A DNA stretch of 64,000 nucleotides from Patescibacteria group bacterium UBA3466 (GTDB lineage Bacteria > Patescibacteriota > Minisyncoccia > Phycocordibacterales > UBA918), in assembly GCA_002378195.1 (NCBI GenBank), contig DFRJ01000002.1, positions 329,677 to 393,676 on the forward strand. The letters run 5' to 3'. The notes beneath the pieces were generated by a model that worked only from the letters and a program-made list of their open reading frames with translations, was not told the DNA's origin and did not search any database. The position numbers were made by a program, and so were the translations under genes. This document shows, piece by piece, positions 57,881-64,000 of the stretch. The first letter of the stretch is position 1. Every line of letters starts with the position of its first letter.

Positions 57881-58234
57881 ATGATACAAAAATACCTCAA
57901 TAGAATTCACTTCGCTCTCAATGGCATTAAACACGCGGCACTGAATGACCTTGGCTTTAGAAGCCAGCTATATTTTGGAGCTTTGGTTTTGTTTGTTGTT
58001 CTGGCTTTTCTACTGCCTCTAGATCGCATGGAGACACTTTTTATTATTCTTAGCTACTTTTTAATTTTAATCACCGAACTGCAAAACTCAGCCATCGAGG
58101 CAGCTTTGGATCAACTGCACCCTGGATTAAACGACCATATCGGAATCAGTAAAGACATGGCCGCCGGAGCGGTGCTATTAGCCGGCCTATTTCTGCTAAT
58201 CACACTAGTTGTGATTGGATGGCCAAGGATTTAG
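57881..58234 (+). CDS. dgkA: Diacylglycerol kinase / undecaprenol kinase family (DgkA)
   Basis: 117 aa, 3 TM, the conserved EL(Q/L)NSAIEA motif. Confidence 0.75.
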   Translation: MIQKYLNRIHFALNGIKHAALNDLGFRSQLYFGALVLFVVLAFLLPLDRMETLFIILSYFLILITELQNSAIEAALDQLHPGLNDHIGISKDMAAGAVLLAGLFLLITLVVIGWPRI

Positions 58235-58235
58235 C

Positions 58236-58272
58236 AATAAAGCGCGCACCCTTCGGGTGCGCGCTTTATTAT
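58236..58272. terminator. Bidirectional intrinsic terminator AAAGCGCGCACCCTTCGGGTGCGCGCTTTATT
   Basis: Read directly from the sequence. Confidence 0.7.
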
Positions 58273-58278
58273 TTAGAT

Positions 58279-58911
58279 TTACGGTAATTCAGCTTCGTAG
58301 ATAGTACCAAACTCCATCCCAGCATTCATAATCTGACCAAAGTCCTGGAACAACACGTCACCCGGAGGTAAGAAAATGGTGCGATCTACATTTTCCCAGG
58401 TCTTACAATCATACGAAACCGCCTGATCAAGCGGAATCGGAGCATTTTCTGACACCTCTGTTTCCGACCTATCCGATAGGCTCATTTGCATCCCATAGCT
58501 GGCCCCATCAATTTCCGACCAAACGTACATATTTCCCCCATCCATAATCAAAGAGGATAAAATTTTTCCATCCAGATCCGGAGAGGCGGTCAAGAAATCT
58601 CCTCGGACACTCCCATCACTTACAAAGTAAGTACCTTCTACGTCAGTTGCAGTCGCTTCGTCTTTATAAATAATTGAGCACTCTAGATCATCCTCCCCAA
58701 TCATTAAACTACGCAAGGTATCTTCACCTTGTTTCACTTCAACTTTCTCAGACATCTCAATAGCTTCAGACTGATCAATTTCTGCATATTCCACTTGCCC
58801 TTCAGTTAAGCGCTCTTGGTTCTCGTGAGCTGGTGTAGAGAAAATAGTGTAGTATCCAAAACCAACCACAACTATTCCAATTACAATTCCAACAATAATA
58901 AAAGTTCTCAT
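58279..58911 (-). CDS. Secreted or membrane-anchored hypothetical protein (N-terminal TM, acidic)
   Basis: ORF with an N-terminal hydrophobic helix. Confidence 0.45.
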   Translation of the reverse strand: MRTFIIVGIVIGIVVVGFGYYTIFSTPAHENQERLTEGQVEYAEIDQSEAIEMSEKVEVKQGEDTLRSLMIGEDDLECSIIYKDEATATDVEGTYFVSDGSVRGDFLTASPDLDGKILSSLIMDGGNMYVWSEIDGASYGMQMSLSDRSETEVSENAPIPLDQAVSYDCKTWENVDRTIFLPPGDVLFQDFGQIMNAGMEFGTIYEAELP

Positions 58912-59005
58912 GATGTGACGCTTTTAATTATAATAATTAAGCTAATTATACCTATTTTTTGGATTATTTCGTTTTATTGTAGGTTGATATGTAATAATAA
59001 ACTTT

Positions 59006-60013
59006 GTGCCAACCAGGAGCTTTGTAATTAGATTTATTTATATACTCACTCTCGCCCTAACTATCGCTGTGGTAGTTGGTCTGGTTTTTATTCTGCAAAG
59101 CAAGGAGAAAGTTTTCCATAACGCGGAGCCAATTTCTACACCCGAAGATTCTACAGAACCTTTTCCAGTATCAATTGATATAGAAGCTAAAAAAATTATC
59201 GAAAACCCAGTAGTGGACAGTTTTTACATGGACACTCTCGCCAACCGACCCGAATCAACTGACCGCTGGTGGAATCAAGTGGCGGCTGTTTTTTCTAGCT
59301 ATAGTTGGTACCAAAACTTGGCTTCACCAGTGAGTCGAATCATCGTTATTTGGCCAGGAGAAAGAAAGGAAGAGTCAGTCAATAATATTGCCAAAATCCT
59401 GAATTGGGACCAGGCAGATAAAGACAACTTTAAGCAACAGGTTGATTCAAGCGAACCTGTCATGCGCGATGGTAAGTATTATCCTGGCCAGTATGTAATC
59501 CACAAAGACGCCACCCCGGCAGAGGTACACGAACTCATCAGGAAGGCTTTCGAAACTCAAATTCTAGAACGATACACAGAAGAAGTGGAGGAAATCGTAC
59601 CCCTTGAAGACGCTCTCATTATTGCTTCTCTCTTGGAGCGCGAGGCCAGTGATTTTGAAAACATGAGAGAGGTGTCAGGAGTAATATGGAATCGCTTATT
59701 TATTGATATGCCCCTGCAGCTAGACGCCACCTTACAGTATGTGAGAGGTAGCAAGTCGTACGAACCAGCTTGGTGGCCTATTCCTAGACCAAAAGATAAG
59801 TACCTCGACTCCCCTTTCAATACCTACCTGAACGAGGGTTTGCCCCCTGCCCCAATCGCGAACCCATCCTCTGAGGCTGTATTAGCAGCCCTAAACCCGG
59901 TTGCTACTGATTGCCTTTACTATTTCCACACTTCCGACGGTGGCTACCACTGCTCCCCTTCTTACGAAGAACATGTAAGCAAATTGCGCTCTATCTACGG
60001 ACGCGGATCTTAA
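59006..60013 (+). CDS. mltG: Endolytic murein transglycosylase MltG (YceG family)
   Basis: N-terminal TM. GLPPAPIANPSSEAVLAALNP...YYFHTSDGGYHCSPSYEEH matches the YceG signature. Confidence 0.8.
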   Translation: MPTRSFVIRFIYILTLALTIAVVVGLVFILQSKEKVFHNAEPISTPEDSTEPFPVSIDIEAKKIIENPVVDSFYMDTLANRPESTDRWWNQVAAVFSSYSWYQNLASPVSRIIVIWPGERKEESVNNIAKILNWDQADKDNFKQQVDSSEPVMRDGKYYPGQYVIHKDATPAEVHELIRKAFETQILERYTEEVEEIVPLEDALIIASLLEREASDFENMREVSGVIWNRLFIDMPLQLDATLQYVRGSKSYEPAWWPIPRPKDKYLDSPFNTYLNEGLPPAPIANPSSEAVLAALNPVATDCLYYFHTSDGGYHCSPSYEEHVSKLRSIYGRGS

Positions 60014-60558
60014 GACAACGGACAAACCAAAGGATCATTAATCTTTTTTGCTAAATATCTAATCGCCAAGGACAGCGAAAAAATCCCAACTAATCCAAAC
60101 TCCAGTCCATGAAGTGGCAAAAAAGTTAGCACGGCACCAGCGCCAGCCAAGCCAAACACAGCTGTCAAAACCACCGAGCCACAAGCAGCACAGCCAATTC
60201 CCAAAAAAGCGCTCACAGCTCCACCAATACTAGCTATCTGAGCTTTCTTCTCAGTCACTGGTCCCTGACGCCGACGTATGTAATAAACCAAAAGCGCAAT
60301 GTTCAAACCAAACAGCAGCGCAACGACTATTAAGTATGCGGCCGACCATACGGTAAAGTTTGTCTTGAGAGAACCATATAAACTCAAGAAGAACGACCCT
60401 TTATCCAGCCAGCCTATTGCGTCAGAAGTCAGTATTTGTTGTATCAGTCCGATATTGGGCAGCAAAAGAGCTGCGCTCACTACCATGAACGCAACTCCAA
60501 CTACCACAAAACTATAGCGCCTATGTCTGAATACTCTAGCGAGAACAGACAACAACAT
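60010..60558 (-). CDS. Polytopic membrane protein with an in-membrane CAAC motif; possible redox partner of the adjacent DsbA-like protein
   Basis: 5-6 TM with GIGCAACGS. The function is inferred from its position. Confidence 0.4.
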   Translation of the reverse strand: MLLSVLARVFRHRRYSFVVVGVAFMVVSAALLLPNIGLIQQILTSDAIGWLDKGSFFLSLYGSLKTNFTVWSAAYLIVVALLFGLNIALLVYYIRRRQGPVTEKKAQIASIGGAVSAFLGIGCAACGSVVLTAVFGLAGAGAVLTFLPLHGLEFGLVGIFSLSLAIRYLAKKINDPLVCPLS

Positions 60559-60560
60559 GA

Positions 60561-61352
60561 TTAACCTTCGTTTCTGGCCACTTCAATCAGTTGCTCAACC
60601 GCTGTCTTAGGTAGCGCACCATTTACTGGATAAGTCTTTCCACTAGGACCAATGATGATACTCCACGGAGTACCACGACCACCAGTTTCGACTGCATTGT
60701 TTAAATCAGCTTCTATGTCTTCAGCTTTCTCCTGATTATTAAAGCACTCGTCATATACTGCTCCAGCTGCTCCAGCTTCTCTTACCAAATCACCTATTAG
60801 CGTTGCATGAGCAGTCTGATCTCCGGCTCCCCGAGCAGCAAAATAACCGTCAGTAAAGGACCAGAAGCCTGTTGGACCGGCTACCTTAGCTACACACTCA
60901 GAAGCCAGAGCCACGGCAGCTGCCTGCGGGTGTAGTTGCTCAAGTGGGAAATGACGATAAACCCACGCCACATCATTATTTTCAGCAACAATCTCATTCA
61001 TTACATCGTGGTATCGACTACAAAACGGGCAATCAAAGTCAGAATACTCAACAATCACAATAGCAGCATCACGATCTCCTTTGATGTGGTCATTTTCATC
61101 CACTGGAGAAACCTTATTGGTAGTATCCACTTCCTCCACCTCAGCAACCGCATCAGTTGGATCAGTGACTGGCTGAGCAAGATTCTGTGTGCCTCCACCA
61201 CCAAAGTACAGTCCTGCTCCGACAAATATTCCCGCGATTATTATTGAAAGTGGAATTAAAAAATCTTTAACTGTAGTACCAGCGGGCACTGCTGCTGAGA
61301 TTGGTTGGCTGGTAGTCGGTACATTTTGCTCAGTTTGATTTTGGTCTGTCAT
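60561..61352 (-). CDS. Thioredoxin-fold DsbA-like protein (CPFC active site) with an N-terminal TM anchor
   Basis: YSDFDCPFCSRYH is the CxxC motif. Confidence 0.65.
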   Translation of the reverse strand: MTDQNQTEQNVPTTSQPISAAVPAGTTVKDFLIPLSIIIAGIFVGAGLYFGGGGTQNLAQPVTDPTDAVAEVEEVDTTNKVSPVDENDHIKGDRDAAIVIVEYSDFDCPFCSRYHDVMNEIVAENNDVAWVYRHFPLEQLHPQAAAVALASECVAKVAGPTGFWSFTDGYFAARGAGDQTAHATLIGDLVREAGAAGAVYDECFNNQEKAEDIEADLNNAVETGGRGTPWSIIIGPSGKTYPVNGALPKTAVEQLIEVARNEG

Positions 61353-61447
61353 GTTAGTCTCTCTAAAATAATAATTTTTTATAAGTATACATCCTATTAC
61401 GCTGGTTCTCTACAATGATTTCAACTACTGTCATTAACTGTAAATAA

Positions 61448-62446
61448 TCATCTCAACCGTCGACTCATTTTTTCTTTCTGAATAGCTGCATACTTTTGCT
61501 GTTGGCGCTTCTGGTTGTGCGCGTAATGTCTGCCAGCCTCAGATGTATCTTTGCTGTCTTGATAATCTTGCTCCCGCAAAATTTTATGATAATTATCCAA
61601 CTCCCTCTCAGTTAAATCGCCAGTTTCCAGCGCTTCCAATACAGCACAGCCGGCACTTTTTTCATGGTCACAGTTTCTAAACTTACACCTCGCTGCGATT
61701 TCATCAATTTTATTAAAAACCTCGGCTTCTTTCTGGTCATCGTTATCAATCACACCAAGCTCTCTCATACCTGGTGTATCAATGATAAAACCACCGCTTG
61801 GTAGTGCAAATAATTGTCTTGAGGTGGTGGTGTGCCGCCCCTTATTATCGTCAGAGCGGGTTGCTTGCACAGCCTGCACATCAGCCTGCAGCAACCAGTT
61901 GGTTATGGTAGATTTACCGGCACCAGATGAACCAAGCAAGACAGCCGTCTTGCCCTCTGCCACATAACCACGCAACGCGGCCATATTTTCACCGTTAGTT
62001 GCAGACACGACCTCTACGTTTATGTCACCGGCCACCGCTTCTACTTCTCTTATTTTCTGTTCCAAATCATCTGCGATGTCAGCCTTATTCAAGACTATCA
62101 CCGCTTCAATACCACTCTGAGCAGCTAGCAATAAATAGCGCTCTAGTCGATTGATGCTGTAGTCGCCATCCAGACCAAGGACAACAAAAATTACATCGAC
62201 GTTTGCTGCAATAATTTGCTCTTCATCTGAATCGGCAGCTTTGCGCTTAATTACGCTTCGCCGATTAACAACCTCTTCGATAACCGCTTTCCCGTCATCT
62301 AATACTTCTAGCAAAACAAAATCACCCACCTTAGGAAAATCTCCTTCGGCATGGAAATTTCCCCGCACCGTAGCTATCAGCTCATCAGCCTCTGTCTTGA
62401 CCACAAAGTTAGTACGATGCACCTCAGTTATTCGACCAACAGTCAT
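61448..62446 (-). CDS. rsgA: Ribosome small-subunit-dependent GTPase A (RsgA/YjeQ)
   Basis: Circularly permuted GTPase (VLNKADI, LLGSSGAGKSTI) and a C-terminal zinc finger CKFRNCDHEKSAGCAV. Confidence 0.85.
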   Translation of the reverse strand: MTVGRITEVHRTNFVVKTEADELIATVRGNFHAEGDFPKVGDFVLLEVLDDGKAVIEEVVNRRSVIKRKAADSDEEQIIAANVDVIFVVLGLDGDYSINRLERYLLLAAQSGIEAVIVLNKADIADDLEQKIREVEAVAGDINVEVVSATNGENMAALRGYVAEGKTAVLLGSSGAGKSTITNWLLQADVQAVQATRSDDNKGRHTTTSRQLFALPSGGFIIDTPGMRELGVIDNDDQKEAEVFNKIDEIAARCKFRNCDHEKSAGCAVLEALETGDLTERELDNYHKILREQDYQDSKDTSEAGRHYAHNQKRQQQKYAAIQKEKMSRRLR

Positions 62447-62458
62447 AAAAAGATTTTA

Positions 62459-64000
62459 TTACATCTCATCGACTGTTTCTACACCGATTAGTCCAAAGCC
62501 ATTCTTTAAAGTTATTGCGACAGCTTGCACCAAAGCCAGCTTGTATGACTCATTATCAGACCCATCCAAAATCGCTTCTTTGGCATACCAGCTATTGAAC
62601 TCATGACACAGTGCAAGCAGGTACTGAGAAACATGATGTATAGACAGATCTTTAACCGAATCCAAAACTGATTGCTCAAAATACAACAAAGTTCTCAAAA
62701 GATCAGCCTCCTGTCCCAGACTAGAAGGTGGGGTTGGTAGGCCGGCGCCTGCGGCGCCGGCCTTCCGCAAGATCGACTGAGTACGTACGTACGTGTACAT
62801 CACATACATTCCAGAATCCCCCTGCACATCGACTGACTCCTCAATATCAAACGCCACATCGAGCTTGCTGTCAGACTTCAAGAAAGCAAATTTTACCGCC
62901 GCTAGCGCTAGCTTTTCAGCTAACTCAGTTTCATTAGCCAGATCAGCTCGCTTGCTCTCACTAAACCTCTCCGCAACTGACCGTTTCACCTCATCAATTA
63001 CTTCATCTGCAAACAATACCGTACCAGCTCTTGATGACATCTTTTTAAATGAACCATTTTCATCCTTAAGTCCTACATAGCCATAAGCAATATGAGAAAA
63101 ATCTTTCCGATCACCAATTTCCAACTGCTCACAAACCGCGAACAGTTGTCGCATATGTAGAGTCTGATCCGGACCAACCACCCAAACCAACTTATCAGCT
63201 TGATACTTTTTCTTCTTCAGGTCAGTCAAGGCGATGTCTTGCGTCATATACAAAGCGGTTCCGTCATTTTTAAGCAGGACCGTATCTGATAAACCATACT
63301 TGTCTTCCAGATCAGTCAAAATGGCACCATCTTCAATTTGCTGAAAAAGATTATTGTCCAAACCTTTCTGTACGTAATTTTTACCATCCTCGTAGTGTTC
63401 ATGTTCATACCACACAAAATCCCAATGACTACCAATACGCCCTAAAGTCTGATCAATTCCGTCATAAGCAAACTGCAACACTCGCTCCCACAGCAACCAA
63501 GTGTTTTTATCATTTGACTCCCAGTCAATCACCATCTGCCGGGTAAACGCCTCCACTTCAGGGTCATTAGAGAAATCTTTTTCGGCCAGCACATAACATT
63601 CGGTCACAAACAAGTCTGGTCGCACATTCTTATCCTCTGGCAATAGCCATTCATCCTGATGTTCGGCCCAGTAACCAATGTCAGTTGGTGCCTCTGGATT
63701 CTTCTTCATGTGTGCCAAGTAACCGTACATATTCTTAGCAATCGCTATACCGCGATTATTGTACACACCATCAGCCACCACCTTGGCTCCCGACGCTTTT
63801 AGCAGTCGAACCAAACTCATACCCACCAAGCTGTTTCGTAGGTGACCAACGTGCATAGCTTTATTAGGATTTGGTGAACTATGCTCAACTACCCAGTTCA
63901 CTCCAGCCTGCGTGGTGTTAGCACCAAAATTTTCACCCAATTCAATAATGCCAAGTGCGTGTTGCACCTTAGCCTCTGCAGTTAAGTAGAAGTTAACAAA
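62459..64000 (-). CDS. argS: Arginine--tRNA ligase; the N-terminus extends past the window end
   Basis: HIGH-region HVGHLRNSL. KMSSR class I motif. DALR anticodon-binding C-terminus (YTYVRTQSILRKAG). The ORF is open to position 64000. Confidence 0.85.
   Translation of the reverse strand, partial: FVNFYLTAEAKVQHALGIIELGENFGANTTQAGVNWVVEHSSPNPNKAMHVGHLRNSLVGMSLVRLLKASGAKVVADGVYNNRGIAIAKNMYGYLAHMKKNPEAPTDIGYWAEHQDEWLLPEDKNVRPDLFVTECYVLAEKDFSNDPEVEAFTRQMVIDWESNDKNTWLLWERVLQFAYDGIDQTLGRIGSHWDFVWYEHEHYEDGKNYVQKGLDNNLFQQIEDGAILTDLEDKYGLSDTVLLKNDGTALYMTQDIALTDLKKKKYQADKLVWVVGPDQTLHMRQLFAVCEQLEIGDRKDFSHIAYGYVGLKDENGSFKKMSSRAGTVLFADEVIDEVKRSVAERFSESKRADLANETELAEKLALAAVKFAFLKSDSKLDVAFDIEESVDVQGDSGMYVMYTYVRTQSILRKAGAAGAGLPTPPSSLGQEADLLRTLLYFEQSVLDSVKDLSIHHVSQYLLALCHEFNSWYAKEAILDGSDNESYKLALVQAVAITLKNGFGLIGVETVDEM
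62739..62763. repeat. GC palindrome AGGCCGGCGCC-TGC-GGCGCCGGCCT lying in-frame inside argS (it encodes AGAAGAG); same core as 27142-27170
   Basis: The 23-nt core identity is read directly. The ORF stays open across it. Confidence 0.65.

Overview
This 64 kb window is gene-dense, mostly minus-strand bacterial chromosome with moderate GC (estimated by eye at low-to-mid 40s %). It mixes clear housekeeping genes (groES/groEL, typA/bipA, rsgA, argS (5' end off-window), RNase J, secG, htpX/lemA, mltG, dgkA, a P-type ATPase, an RsuA-type pseudouridine synthase, a class IV aminotransferase) with many secreted or membrane-anchored proteins of unknown function. These include a cohesin-like/dockerin pair, a 1551-aa beta-helix/CnaB/PG-binding surface protein, and CAP/YkwD, GH18, GH1 and GH clan-A enzymes. 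Several features fit a Patescibacteria/CPR-like lifestyle: cohesin/dockerin proteins, giant surface proteins, a tRNA without an encoded CCA, and a lone SBP. That taxonomic placement is an inference. Intrinsic terminators are almost all GC-rich GGCCGG/GCCGGC-type hairpins followed by T-runs. The most interesting parts are: (i) a tRNA-Ser(GGA) locus (about 30.2-32.2 kb) with compound direct repeats (a 49-nt copy of the tRNA 3' end plus two 114-nt tRNA-like repeats), an inserted low-GC ORF and an adjacent high-GC foreign ORF, which looks like an integration hotspot with scars; (ii) a split umuD-(GH18)-umuC mutasome locus; (iii) an ECF sigma/anti-sigma pair directly upstream of the giant surface protein; (iv) a run of small orphan cytoplasmic ORFs, three of which share a conserved ~46-nt leader; (v) a family of GGCCGGCGCC palindromes, one sitting in-frame inside argS; (vi) two long perfect palindromes (381-417 and 33237-33270) that share the half-site TWACGYRGCATG. 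I saw no CRISPR array, transposase or integrase. All functional calls rest on motif recognition by eye; no database searches were run.
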